Source: Limnohabitans sp. (GTDB lineage Bacteria > Pseudomonadota > Gammaproteobacteria > Burkholderiales > Burkholderiaceae_C). Taken from it: a stretch of DNA of 38,792 nucleotides. The notes under the pieces were generated by a model that ran no database searches, was not told where the DNA came from, and saw only the letters and a program-made list of their open reading frames with translations. The position numbers and the translations under genes were made by a program. Below, piece by piece: positions 10,156 to 18,898 of the stretch (within the stretch, counting starts at the first letter, position 1; the number at the start of each line of letters is the position of its first letter). The stretch lies in contig JBIKKE010000001.1 of the NCBI GenBank assembly GCA_044360575.1, positions 1-38,792 on the forward strand, written 5' to 3'.

Positions 10156-10231
10156 GGGTGCTTAGCTCAGTTGGTAGAGCGGCTCCTTTACACGGAGTAG
10201 GTCGGCGGTTCGAGACCGTCAGCACCCACCA
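10156..10231 (+). tRNA. tRNA-Val (TAC)
   Basis: 76-nt cloverleaf GGGTGCT...AGCACCC-ACCA. Anticodon loop TTTACAC, T-loop GTTCGAG. Confidence 0.95.
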
Positions 10232-10241
10232 CCTCATGAAC

Positions 10242-10269
10242 AAAGGCGAACCCGTGGTTCGCCTTTTTT
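10242..10269 (+). terminator. Intrinsic terminator after HU and tRNA-Val
   Basis: AAAGGCGAACC-CGT-GGTTCGCCTTTTTT. Confidence 0.85.
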
Positions 10270-10292
10270 ATTGATCAACCGAGACTTCGAAA

Positions 10293-12209
10293 ATGTTTGA
10301 CGCCATTCGTAACAAATCCAGGATCCTGATGGGCGTGCTGGTCCTGCTGATCATTCCTTCATTTGTTTTATTTGGCGTTGAAGGCTACAACAACCGTGAC
10401 GCCCGAGGTGTCGTCGTGGCCCAAATCGGGGACGTTGAAATCACCCAGCAGCAATGGGATGCCATGCACCAGCAAGAGGTGGACAAAATCCGTGCATCCA
10501 TGCCAAACCTTGACCCCAAGATGCTGGGATCGGACGAAGCCCGATATGCAAGTTTGGAGCGAATGGTCAACGATCGAATGATCTCTGTGGCCTCGGAGAA
10601 GCAGTTGTTGGTGACCAGTGATCAACGTCTGGCCAATTACCTTCAAAAAGACCCTTCGATCGCCAGCTTGCGCGGCCCGGATGGCAAACTCGACATGGAC
10701 CGATACCGCCAGTTGGCTTCAAGCCAAGGCATGACGCCTGAAATGTTGGAAGCCCAAGTCCGTCGTGATTTGTCAGGTCAACAAGTCTTGGCAGCTCTTC
10801 AGACCTCGGCCATGTCATCGCAAAAACAAAGCGATGTGGCTTTGCAGGCTTTTTTCCAGCGTCGAGAGGTTCAAATGCTGGGTTTTTCTCCGGCCAATTA
10901 CGTGGCAAAGGTGAAGCTCAACGATGCAGATCTTGAGAAGTTTTATCAATCCCATTCAGACCGATTCCGTTCGCAGGAAACCGCTGATGTGGAATATTTG
11001 GTGTTGGACGCCGCTTCATTGGCTAAAAATATCCAGTTGCCCGAGCAAGATGTCAAAACTTACTACGAGCAAAACGTCCAACGTCTTTCGGGCCAAGAGC
11101 AGCGCCGTGCCAGCCATATTTTGATCAATGCTTCTAAAGATGCGCCAGCTGCCGATAAAGAAAAGGCCCGCGCTAAAGCTGAATCTCTGTTGGTTACTTT
11201 ACGGAAGGACCCCAAAGCCTTTGCTGATTTGGCCCGTAAAAATTCGGATGACACCGGTTCTGCGAGCAACGGTGGCGACCTTGATTTTTTTGCCAAGGGC
11301 GCCATGGTCAAGGTGTTTGAAGATGCCGCGTTTGCTCTCAAGAAAGGCGAGATCAGCGCCGTGGTTGAATCGGAGTTTGGTTTTCACATCATTCAACTCA
11401 CAGACATCAAGGCTCCGGTGACCCCTGGCCTCGAATCCATGCGGTCGCAGCTCGAAGCCGATTTGCGCCAGCAACAAGCCAAGCGGCAGTTTGCTGAGTT
11501 TGCTGAAACCTTCAGCAACAGCGTTTACGAACAAGCCGATACTTTCACATCGGTGGCTGACAAGCTTCGCTTGCAAATTCAGCAAGCCAAAGGTTTGACC
11601 CGAGCCCCCATGGCTGGACAGCAGGGCGTTTTGGCCAATCCTAAAATTCTGGAAGCTGTGTTTTCCGAGGAGTCGATCAGCAAGCGCCGCAATTCTGCGG
11701 CCATCGAGCTTGGCAACAACACCTTGGTCTCAGCGCGTGTGGTCAATTACAGGCCAGCTGCATTGCGGCAATATGCCGAGGTGAAAGATCAGGTTCGCGC
11801 AGAGTTTTTGACCGAACAGGCCATAGCGCTTGCCAAAGCCGAGGGCGAGGCCCGTTTGGCTGAGTGGCAAAAGAATCCCACCGCTGCTGCCATGGGTTCG
11901 GCGCTGATCATTTCGCGAGATCAAACGCAAGGACAAACTCAGAAGCTTGTGGATGCCGTCTTGCGAGCAGATCCAGCCAATATGCCTGCGTTGGTGGGTG
12001 TTGATCTGGGTGCCATGGGCTACGTCCTGGCGCGTGTCAATAAAGTTGTGCCGCGCGATGAGCCAAGTGCGCAGCAGAAAGCCCAAACGCGTGAACAGTT
12101 TGCTCGCTTGCTGGCCAGCGCAGAGGCAGCCGCTTATATGGCGCACTTGCGGTCGCAATTCAAAGTCAAAATTTTGGTGCCCAAGCCTAAATTGGCAACG
12201 GCTTCTTAA
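10293..12209 (+). CDS. ppiD: PpiD: periplasmic chaperone with SurA-N and parvulin PPIase domains
   Basis: N-terminal TM anchor. Parvulin motifs ASHILI, SDD.GS...GGDL, EFGFHII. 638 aa, downstream of HU. Confidence 0.9.
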   Translation: MFDAIRNKSRILMGVLVLLIIPSFVLFGVEGYNNRDARGVVVAQIGDVEITQQQWDAMHQQEVDKIRASMPNLDPKMLGSDEARYASLERMVNDRMISVASEKQLLVTSDQRLANYLQKDPSIASLRGPDGKLDMDRYRQLASSQGMTPEMLEAQVRRDLSGQQVLAALQTSAMSSQKQSDVALQAFFQRREVQMLGFSPANYVAKVKLNDADLEKFYQSHSDRFRSQETADVEYLVLDAASLAKNIQLPEQDVKTYYEQNVQRLSGQEQRRASHILINASKDAPAADKEKARAKAESLLVTLRKDPKAFADLARKNSDDTGSASNGGDLDFFAKGAMVKVFEDAAFALKKGEISAVVESEFGFHIIQLTDIKAPVTPGLESMRSQLEADLRQQQAKRQFAEFAETFSNSVYEQADTFTSVADKLRLQIQQAKGLTRAPMAGQQGVLANPKILEAVFSEESISKRRNSAAIELGNNTLVSARVVNYRPAALRQYAEVKDQVRAEFLTEQAIALAKAEGEARLAEWQKNPTAAAMGSALIISRDQTQGQTQKLVDAVLRADPANMPALVGVDLGAMGYVLARVNKVVPRDEPSAQQKAQTREQFARLLASAEAAAYMAHLRSQFKVKILVPKPKLATAS

Positions 12210-12263
12210 ATCTCTTTTGACAAGCCAATCACCTGTTTCTTCAGGCTATAATCTTTGCTTCGC

Positions 12264-12340
12264 GGTGGCTGTAGCTCAGTTGGTAGAGTCCAGGATTGTG
12301 ATTCCTGTTGTCGTGGGTTCGAGCCCCATCAGCCACCCCA
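12264..12340 (+). tRNA. tRNA-His (GTG)
   Basis: 77 nt including G-1. Anticodon arm CAGGA-TTGTGAT-TCCTG. Ends in CCA. TATAAT at 12247-12252. Confidence 0.95.
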
Positions 12341-12348
12341 GGTTGCCC

Positions 12349-12380
12349 AAAAAACCCAAGTTTTAAACCTTGGGTTTTTT
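12349..12380 (+). terminator. Intrinsic terminator after tRNA-His
   Basis: AAAAAACCCAAG...CTTGGGTTTTTT inverted repeat. Confidence 0.75.
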
Positions 12381-12452
12381 ATTGAAGCTGGTTTTTTTGC
12401 GCTTCATTTCTTCGGCTTTCATCGTTTAGCGATGTATAATATAAGGCTAAAT

Positions 12453-12528
12453 GCGGGAATAGCTCAGTTGGTAGAGCGCAACCTTGCCAAGGTTGAGGTC
12501 GCGAGTTCGAGCCTCGTTTCCCGCTCCA
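12453..12528 (+). tRNA. tRNA-Gly (GCC)
   Basis: GCGGGAA...TTCCCGC-TCCA. Anticodon loop TTGCCAA. TATAAT at 12435-12440. Confidence 0.96.
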
Positions 12529-12586
12529 TTTTTAAAGAACCCCTGCGTTCTTTTGACAAAGTTAGTTTTGTCATTCACGTTTTTTT

Positions 12587-12660
12587 GGCGCGATAGCAAA
12601 GCGGTTATGCAACGGATTGCAAATCCGTCGAGCCCAGTTCGACTCTGGGTCGCGCCTCCA
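12587..12660 (+). tRNA. tRNA-Cys (GCA)
   Basis: 74 nt, GGCGCGA...TCGCGCC-TCCA. Anticodon arm ACGGA-TTGCAAA-TCCGT. Confidence 0.95.
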
Positions 12661-12676
12661 GTCAAAACGACAGCAT

Positions 12677-12706
12677 AAAAATCCCGCTTCGAGCGGGATT
12701 TTTTTT
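12677..12706. terminator. Probable bidirectional intrinsic terminator
   Basis: AAAAATCCCGCT-TCG-AGCGGGATTTTTTTT, between convergent tRNA-Cys and the LuxR gene. Confidence 0.85.
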
Positions 12707-12720
12707 GGGTTGGTGGGTTC

Positions 12721-13281
12721 TCAGCCCCGTATTAGTTTTTGGATCAAATCTGCGGTACCTGAGGCTTGGTACTTGCGCATCAGTTTGACCCTGTAGATCT
12801 CGACAGTGCGGTGGCTGATCCCTAAAGCTTTGCCTATCTCCTTGCTGGTCTGTCCAATCATGAGCTGGGCGGCTACCTCACGCTCGCGGGCAGTGAGTTC
12901 GGCTTTGACGGGTTTGCGCGCTGAAAGGTCTTTAAAAGTCCAAATGCCGGCCGCATGGGGTGATGCACGGTTCAAGGCTCGGCCCGTCACATGGCACCAG
13001 AAGGTTTCTCCTTTGAAGCGGCCGTCAACCCGCTTCATGATGCGGTCATCCGCGTAGACGCCCTGTGTGTTCAGAATCGGCGCGATGCGCTGGCCAGTTC
13101 TTTCATACTCGTCAGCGCTGGGATAAAGGAGCTGAAAACTTTGTCCGATCAGTTGTTCCTTTGTGACACCAAACATTTCGCAGACGCACTGGTTGCAGTC
13201 AACGATGGCGCGGTTGCGCGAGAGGACCATGCCGATGGGGGCAAGATCAAAGGCGAGACGGTAATCAATGTCGGTGTTCAT
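12721..13281 (-). CDS. PAS-domain + LuxR-type HTH one-component regulator
   Basis: N-terminal PAS (AFDLAPIGM...N...EMFG...LIGQ). C-terminal LTAREREV...SKEIG..LGISHRTVEIYR..LMRK. Start set at MNTD (13281). Confidence 0.88.
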   Translation of the reverse strand: MNTDIDYRLAFDLAPIGMVLSRNRAIVDCNQCVCEMFGVTKEQLIGQSFQLLYPSADEYERTGQRIAPILNTQGVYADDRIMKRVDGRFKGETFWCHVTGRALNRASPHAAGIWTFKDLSARKPVKAELTAREREVAAQLMIGQTSKEIGKALGISHRTVEIYRVKLMRKYQASGTADLIQKLIRG

Positions 13282-13350
13282 CTTTTCTTTGCGGTGGCAA
13301 ATTTGGTCTAACGCTGACAAGTCCAGACTTGCCCATGTCAGGGGCGGACT

Positions 13351-13388
13351 CTACGAAAAACTACGTATCTCATTACGTAGTATCGTAG
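13351..13388. promoter_or_regulatory. Nested inverted repeat, candidate regulator-binding site
   Basis: CTACGTA-N6-TACGTAG (13361-13380), flanked by CTACGA (13351-13356) and TCGTAG (13383-13388). Confidence 0.6.
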
Positions 13389-13416
13389 CGATCTCAATCA
13401 CCACATGGAGACAGGC

Positions 13417-14124
13417 GTGAACAAGATTTTTCCTTCCGCAGCCGAGGCCTTGAAAGGCATCGTCGCTGACGGGCAATTGATTGGCGTGGGCGGCTTTGGC
13501 CTGTGCGGCATTCCCGAGGCCTTGATCGATGCGCTCAAGAACAGCGGTGTGCAAAATCTGACCGCCATTTCGAACAACGCGGGCGTGGATGATTTTGGTT
13601 TGGGCATTTTGTTGCAGACGCGCCAAATCAAAAAAATGATCGCCTCGTATGTGGGTGAAAACAAAGAGTTTGAGCGCCAATACTTGGCCGGTGAGTTGGC
13701 TCTGGAGTTCACACCCCAAGGCACGCTGGCAGAGAAGCTGCGTGCGGGCGGCGCGGGTATCCCAGCCTTTTTTACCAAGACAGGTGTAGGCACCTTGGTG
13801 GCCGAAGGCAAGGAGCTGCGCGAGTTCGACGGCGAGACCTACGTCATGGAGCGCTCGCTGGTGCCCGATGTGTCTTTTGTTAAAGCGCACCGTGCAGACA
13901 AGTCCGGTAACTTGCAGTTCCGTTACACCTCACGCAATTTCAACCCGGCTGTGGCTATGGCCGGAAAAATCTGTGTGGTCGAGGTCGAAGAGATTGTCGA
14001 AACCGGCGAGATGCACCCCGACAGCGTTCACTTGCCTGGCATTTACGTGCACCGCATCGTGTTGAATGCCAATCCCGAAAAGCGCATCGAAAAGCGCACC
14101 ATCACTGAAAAGGCTGGAGTTTGA
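13417..14124 (+). CDS. scoA: 3-oxoacid CoA-transferase subunit A
   Basis: [39 protein letters not shown] 13417 follows a GGAGA RBS (alternative ATG 13405). Confidence 0.9.
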   Translation: MNKIFPSAAEALKGIVADGQLIGVGGFGLCGIPEALIDALKNSGVQNLTAISNNAGVDDFGLGILLQTRQIKKMIASYVGENKEFERQYLAGELALEFTPQGTLAEKLRAGGAGIPAFFTKTGVGTLVAEGKELREFDGETYVMERSLVPDVSFVKAHRADKSGNLQFRYTSRNFNPAVAMAGKICVVEVEEIVETGEMHPDSVHLPGIYVHRIVLNANPEKRIEKRTITEKAGV

Positions 14125-14125
14125 T

Positions 14126-14767
14126 ATGAGCTGGAGTCAAGACCAAATGGCCGCCCGTGCGGCCCACGAACTGGAAGACGGTTTTTATGTGAACTTGGGC
14201 ATCGGCATCCCCACGCTGGTGGCCAACTTTGTACCGACTGATAAAGAAGTTTGGCTTCAAAGCGAAAACGGCATGCTGGGCATTGGCCCTTTCCCCAATG
14301 AAGACGAAGTCGATGCCGACCTGATCAACGCTGGCAAGCAAACCGTGACCACCATCAAGGGTTCGTCCATCTTCGGCAGCGAACTGTCCTTTGCCATGAT
14401 CCGCGGCGGCAAAATCAATCTGTCGATTTTGGGCGCCATGCAGGTGAGCGAAAAGGGTGATCTGGCCAACTGGATGATCCCCGGCAAGATGGTCAAGGGC
14501 ATGGGCGGCGCGATGGACCTGGTGGCAGGTGTCAAGCGCGTGATCATCTTGATGGAACACGTTGCCAAGAAAAAAGACGGCACCGAAGACATGAAGATCT
14601 TGCCCAGCTGTACTTTGCCTTTGACGGGTGTGGGCGTGGTGGACCGCATCATCACCGACTTGGCCGTGATGGACGTGACCGATGCGGGCCTCAAAGTGAT
14701 TGAGCTGGCCCCGGGCGTGACGCCCGAGTTCTTGCAAAGCAAGACGGGTGTGAAATTGCACTTTTGA
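14126..14767 (+). CDS. scoB: 3-oxoacid CoA-transferase subunit B
   Basis: VNLGIGIPT, catalytic [23 protein letters not shown] 1 nt after the scoA stop. Confidence 0.92.
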   Translation: MSWSQDQMAARAAHELEDGFYVNLGIGIPTLVANFVPTDKEVWLQSENGMLGIGPFPNEDEVDADLINAGKQTVTTIKGSSIFGSELSFAMIRGGKINLSILGAMQVSEKGDLANWMIPGKMVKGMGGAMDLVAGVKRVIILMEHVAKKKDGTEDMKILPSCTLPLTGVGVVDRIITDLAVMDVTDAGLKVIELAPGVTPEFLQSKTGVKLHF

Positions 14768-14787
14768 GCCCCTCTAGGCTGCACATG

Positions 14788-14812
14788 AAAAAGGCCCCGA
14801 AAGGGGCCTTTT
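14788..14812. terminator. Bidirectional intrinsic terminator
   Basis: AAAAAGGCCCC-GAAA-GGGGCCTTTT, between convergent scoB and tRNA-Gly. Confidence 0.88.
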
Positions 14813-14828
14813 GCTTGGCATGGAGGGT

Positions 14829-14902
14829 TGGAGCGGGTGAAGGGAATCGAACCCTCGTTATTTGCTTGGGAAGCAAAAGTCCTACCATTAAACGACACCC
14901 GC
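14829..14902 (-). tRNA. tRNA-Gly (CCC)
   Basis: Reverse complement reads GCGGGTG...CACCCGC-TCCA, 74 nt. Anticodon arm TTTGC-TTCCCAA-GCAAA. TAGAAT 8 nt upstream. Confidence 0.93.
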
Positions 14903-14975
14903 TTGAGGGCATTCTAATCGTTCAAAGGCGCTCATCGGTGCCGTCTTAAATGAACAATAAAGTTAAAATTGATGC

Positions 14976-15995
14976 ATGCGAATCCCCCTTGTTAAAACCC
15001 AAACCCTCAATTTACAAGTTTGGTTTTTGACCGTACTGGCTTGCTATGCCGTGCTGGAGTTGTCTTTCAATCACCGGTTGTTGGAGTTGGCCGGTGACCT
15101 GCAGCTGACCACGACCCCAGAACAATTGCACGACATCGAACTTTGGGGCCGTGTTGTCTCTGGCTTGGGTTTGGCCCTTTTGTTGATGCGTTGGTTTGAC
15201 CGTTTCGTGAAGTCCCGTGTTGTGTTGGTGTTGCTCTGCTGCACTTTGGGCTTGGTCAGCATGTGGCATTTTCAAAAAGCATTGGTGGACACCATCGTCT
15301 CTCGCGCTGATGAGCAAGATTTGATGATGAGTTGGCGCTCGCAGCTCAGTACGCAAGAAGCGCTGAATGGCCGAATGCAGCTGCGTGGCGAGACCTTGTT
15401 GAGCAGCCCGGCGCCTGCAGACATTCGCCCGGTGATGAGTGCTCTGTGGGCATCTTCATTGGCGGGTTTGTCACCGGATGATTTGGATTCTGAATCGGGT
15501 TCTGCGCAATTGATCGGTGGATTCTTTGCGCCCACCATCACCCCAGAGCAATTGTCAGCGGCTTACCGCAAAACGGTCATGACGCCTGTTGTGCTGGGGG
15601 CTTCCTTGTTGTTTGGCTTGCTTAACCTGTGCCAGTTTTTTGCGGGTGTCATCGCCTTGGTTTTGACCTTGACCCGTTACGATGCTTTGCTGCTGCGTTG
15701 CAAATTTTGGTTGCTGCCCTCGTTGACCGCTTTGTGCATGGGGCTGAGTTGGTGGCCAGGCAATGTTTGGACCAATTCACCGGCTTACCAGCTGGTTGCA
15801 AGACCGGCGCTTTGGGCTGAAAAACCCTATCTGGCAACTTTTGTGGAATGGAGCCTGCGGGCCGAGCCAGCGTGGGCCGACTCGGTGGCTTGGGTTCACA
15901 GCGCTTTGCTGCAAGACTATGCGTTCACCTTGCCTTTTCGGGGCATCTTTTCTTCAGAGTCTTTGCAACTTCCAACAGTTGCAAAGACCTGGTAA
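14976..15995 (+). CDS. Hypothetical multi-pass membrane protein
   Basis: 339-aa ORF that fills the gap between tRNA-Gly and gabD, with about 5 hydrophobic segments. TAAAAT 6 nt before the ATG. No function recognised. Confidence 0.7.
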   Translation: MRIPLVKTQTLNLQVWFLTVLACYAVLELSFNHRLLELAGDLQLTTTPEQLHDIELWGRVVSGLGLALLLMRWFDRFVKSRVVLVLLCCTLGLVSMWHFQKALVDTIVSRADEQDLMMSWRSQLSTQEALNGRMQLRGETLLSSPAPADIRPVMSALWASSLAGLSPDDLDSESGSAQLIGGFFAPTITPEQLSAAYRKTVMTPVVLGASLLFGLLNLCQFFAGVIALVLTLTRYDALLLRCKFWLLPSLTALCMGLSWWPGNVWTNSPAYQLVARPALWAEKPYLATFVEWSLRAEPAWADSVAWVHSALLQDYAFTLPFRGIFSSESLQLPTVAKTW

Positions 15996-16013
15996 AGATC
16001 CTTTGCCGGTGGC

Positions 16014-17486
16014 TTATTTCAAGATATCGCCCACGCAGAGGTACTTGATTTCTACATAGTCTTCCATGCCGTGACTGGAGCCTTCGCGGCCCAGACCCGA
16101 ATGTTTGACACCGCCAAAAGGCACATGCTCGGTCGCCAAAATGCCCACATTGATGCCGACCATGCCGTATTCGAGTGCTTCACTCACACGGAAGATGCGA
16201 CCCACATCGCGGCTGTAGAAGTAGCTGGCTAAACCAAACTCGGTGTTGTTGGCCGCATCAATGGCTTCTTGTTCGGTCCTGAACTTGAAAATCGGCGCAA
16301 ACGGACCAAAAGTCTCTTCCTTGGCACAGACCATGTCGGCGTTGGCGTCTGCAATCACCGTGGGTTCAAAGAATTGGCCGCCAAGACGCTTGCCGCCCGT
16401 GAGTACGCGTCCGCCTTTGGCGATGGCGTCGTTCACATGGCGCTCGACCTTGTCCAGTGCCGAGGGCTCGATCAGAGGGCCTTGGTTCACACCTTCGGCG
16501 AAGCCGTTGCCGACCTTGGCGGTTTTGACTTTGGCTGCGAACTTGGTTGCGAATTCTTCGTAGACCGATTCATGCACATAAAAGCGGTTGGTACAGACAC
16601 AGGTCTGACCCGCATTGCGGTATTTGCTGGCGAAAGCGCCCTCGACTGCGCTGTCGATATCGGCGTCTTCAAACACAATGAAGGGCGCGTTGCCGCCCAA
16701 CTCGAGTGACATTTTTTTGACCGAGGGGGCCGACTGTGCCATCAGAATGCGACCCACTTCGGTGGAGCCGGTGAAACTGATGTGGCGCACCACGTTGCTG
16801 GCACACAGCACCTTGCCAATGCCGATGCTTTGCTGGCCGTCGGCGGTGATGATGTTGAGCACGCCAGCCGGAATGCCGGCGCGGATGGCCAACTCGGCTG
16901 CAGCCAATGCCGTAAGCGGTGTCTGCTCGGCGGGTTTGATGACCACTGGGCAACCTGCGGCCAGGGCTGGGGCTACCTTTCGGGTGATCATGGCCAGTGG
17001 AAAGTTCCAAGGCGTGATTGCCGCGCACACGCCTATGGGCTGCTTCAGCACCAGCAGGCGGCGGTTATTGTCAAACTGGGGCAGGGTCTCGCCGTTCACG
17101 CGTTTGGCTTCTTCGGCAAACCATTCCACAAAACTCGCACCGTAGGCGACTTCGCCACGCGACTCAGCCAGTGGTTTGCCGTTTTCTGCGGTCATGAGCC
17201 GAGCCAGGTCTTCTGTGTTGGCGATCAGCAGGTCAAACCATTTGCGCAGGATGATGCTGCGCTCTTTGGCGGTCTTGGTTTTCCAGGGGCCCCAGGCTGC
17301 GTTGGCTGCGGCAATGGCGGTTTCGGCTTCGGCCGCACCGAGGTTGGCCACGCTGGCCAGATGCCCACCCGTTGCAGGGTCGGTCACGTCAAAACGCTGG
17401 CTGCCCGCGACCCATTGGCCGTTGATCAAGGCGTCGGTTTTGAACAAAGTGGGGTCGTTGAGTTGGGTGAGCGGTGATGGAGTCAT
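16014..17486 (-). CDS. gabD: NAD(P)-dependent succinate-semialdehyde dehydrogenase
   Basis: ITPWNFP, SFTGSTEVG, LELGGNAP, YRNAGQTCVC, EETFGP, PFGGVK.SGLGREGS. Confidence 0.92.
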   Translation of the reverse strand: MTPSPLTQLNDPTLFKTDALINGQWVAGSQRFDVTDPATGGHLASVANLGAAEAETAIAAANAAWGPWKTKTAKERSIILRKWFDLLIANTEDLARLMTAENGKPLAESRGEVAYGASFVEWFAEEAKRVNGETLPQFDNNRRLLVLKQPIGVCAAITPWNFPLAMITRKVAPALAAGCPVVIKPAEQTPLTALAAAELAIRAGIPAGVLNIITADGQQSIGIGKVLCASNVVRHISFTGSTEVGRILMAQSAPSVKKMSLELGGNAPFIVFEDADIDSAVEGAFASKYRNAGQTCVCTNRFYVHESVYEEFATKFAAKVKTAKVGNGFAEGVNQGPLIEPSALDKVERHVNDAIAKGGRVLTGGKRLGGQFFEPTVIADANADMVCAKEETFGPFAPIFKFRTEQEAIDAANNTEFGLASYFYSRDVGRIFRVSEALEYGMVGINVGILATEHVPFGGVKHSGLGREGSSHGMEDYVEIKYLCVGDILK

Positions 17487-17718
17487 GGTCTTCAAGTTTG
17501 TCGGTGATTACCCGGCTGCTGGGTGCTTGCCGGCTGGAAATGTGACATGGCGTACCAAAATCTGAGGCGCATGGCACCTGCTCCAGTTTTTCGTACTGCA
17601 TGAACAGGCAATTATGCTGTTTTACGGCGTTTTCAGCGTGCAAGACATTTTCCGAATCACAATCAGCTAAAAGCAATAACAGTAACATTGATTATTCTGA
17701 TTTTTTGGAGTTCGCGGC

Positions 17719-18789
17719 GTGACCACCGACAAGCCTATCCGCCCCGTGTTGAGTCCCAACACCCTGACACCCTTGGCGGCAAGCAGTTCGGAGTCAAGGC
17801 CTGGCTTGCGCGTGCTTTTGCTGGGGGCGACCGGCACGATCGGTATGGCCACTGCGCGGGCCTTGCTGAAAAATGGCCACGAGGTAGTTTGCCTGGTGAG
17901 GCCTCGTCAAGGGGGGCGGCCAACGCCAGCTGACATGGCACTGTCGGAGCGCCTGTCAGGGGCCAAGCTGCTGTGGGGCAGTGCAGACGATGAGCGTGTG
18001 TGGCTGCAACCGGGTTTGGCGCAACCCCCTTTTGATGCAGTGGTCTCTTGCATGGCCTCGCGCATGGGCTCACCCCAAGACGCCTGGAAGGTTGACCATC
18101 AAGCGCACATGTGGGCACTCAAGGCGGCACAAAACGCGGGGGCGAAGCATTTTGTGCAACTGTCGGCCATCTGTGTGCAAAAGCCCTTGTTGGCGTTTCA
18201 ACACGCCAAATTGGCCTTTGAAAAAGCCTTGATCCAATCGGGCATCACCTACTCCATCGTTCGCCCAACCGCGTTCTTCAAATCGCTTTCTGGCCAGCTC
18301 GATCGTGTCAAAAAAGGCAAGCCATTCTTGATTTTTGGTGACGGTCAGTTGACCGCCTGCAAGCCCATCAGCGACGACGATTTGGCCGACTTTTTGGTTG
18401 GGTGCCTGGACGATGCGTCGCGGCATAACCAGATCTTGCCCATAGGCGGACCCGGGCCTGCCATCACACCGCTGGCGCAAGGCGAGCATTTGTTTGCTTT
18501 GCTTGGGATGCCGCCTCGCTTCAAGCGTGTTCCGGTAGGCCTGTTGGACGTCATCGTGGGTGTGTTGAGCGTGCTGGGAAAACTCATTCCAGCCGCTGCG
18601 AACAAGGCCGAGCTGGCCCGAATTGGGCGTTACTACGCCACCGAATCCATGTTGGTGTGGGACGCCCAGACGCAGCGCTACGATGAGCAGGCCACCCCCT
18701 CACATGGATCACAAACGCTTTTCGACGCCTATGCCCGTTGGGTCAAAGGGGAGGGCGCGCCCGATCGAGGAGAGCACGCCGTTTTTTGA
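17719..18789 (+). CDS. bciA: Divinyl (proto)chlorophyllide a 8-vinyl reductase-like (BciA/DVR), atypical SDR
   Basis: GATGTIG Rossmann motif plus DVR-typical [69 protein letters not shown] before the GTG. Confidence 0.8.
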   Translation: MTTDKPIRPVLSPNTLTPLAASSSESRPGLRVLLLGATGTIGMATARALLKNGHEVVCLVRPRQGGRPTPADMALSERLSGAKLLWGSADDERVWLQPGLAQPPFDAVVSCMASRMGSPQDAWKVDHQAHMWALKAAQNAGAKHFVQLSAICVQKPLLAFQHAKLAFEKALIQSGITYSIVRPTAFFKSLSGQLDRVKKGKPFLIFGDGQLTACKPISDDDLADFLVGCLDDASRHNQILPIGGPGPAITPLAQGEHLFALLGMPPRFKRVPVGLLDVIVGVLSVLGKLIPAAANKAELARIGRYYATESMLVWDAQTQRYDEQATPSHGSQTLFDAYARWVKGEGAPDRGEHAVF

Positions 18790-18898
18790 GCGGGTTTGTG
18801 CCTCACTTCAGGGCTTTGAGTGCGTGAGCTTTTGCCCAGCTCTCGAGGGCATGCCCAAACTTATAATGAGAGGTTGCACTTTGAGCGAAAACACCCCC

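Noticed and set aside
12217-12252. Perfect TTGACA and TATAAT upstream of tRNA-His
   Set aside because: The spacer is 24 nt, too long for one sigma70 promoter. Only the -10 is credible.
12529-12586. Two small hairpins between tRNA-Gly and tRNA-Cys
   Set aside because: Ordinary tRNA-operon spacer structure, too short to call an ncRNA.
12255-12678. ORFs spanning the tRNA cluster, also at 9776-10243 and 14691-14949
   Set aside because: They overlap clear tRNA genes and terminators, so they are spurious.
10156-14902. tRNA genes as possible integration sites for an island or prophage
   Set aside because: No integrase and no duplicated tRNA 3' end of meaningful length were seen, and the flanking genes are housekeeping or metabolic.
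17594-17613. Possible LexA box (TACTGCATGAACAGGCAATT), and a PpsR-like TGT-N12-TCA at 17618-17635, upstream of gabD/bciA
   Set aside because: Both miss invariant positions (CTGT-N8-ACAG and TGT-N12-ACA), so chance matches are likely.
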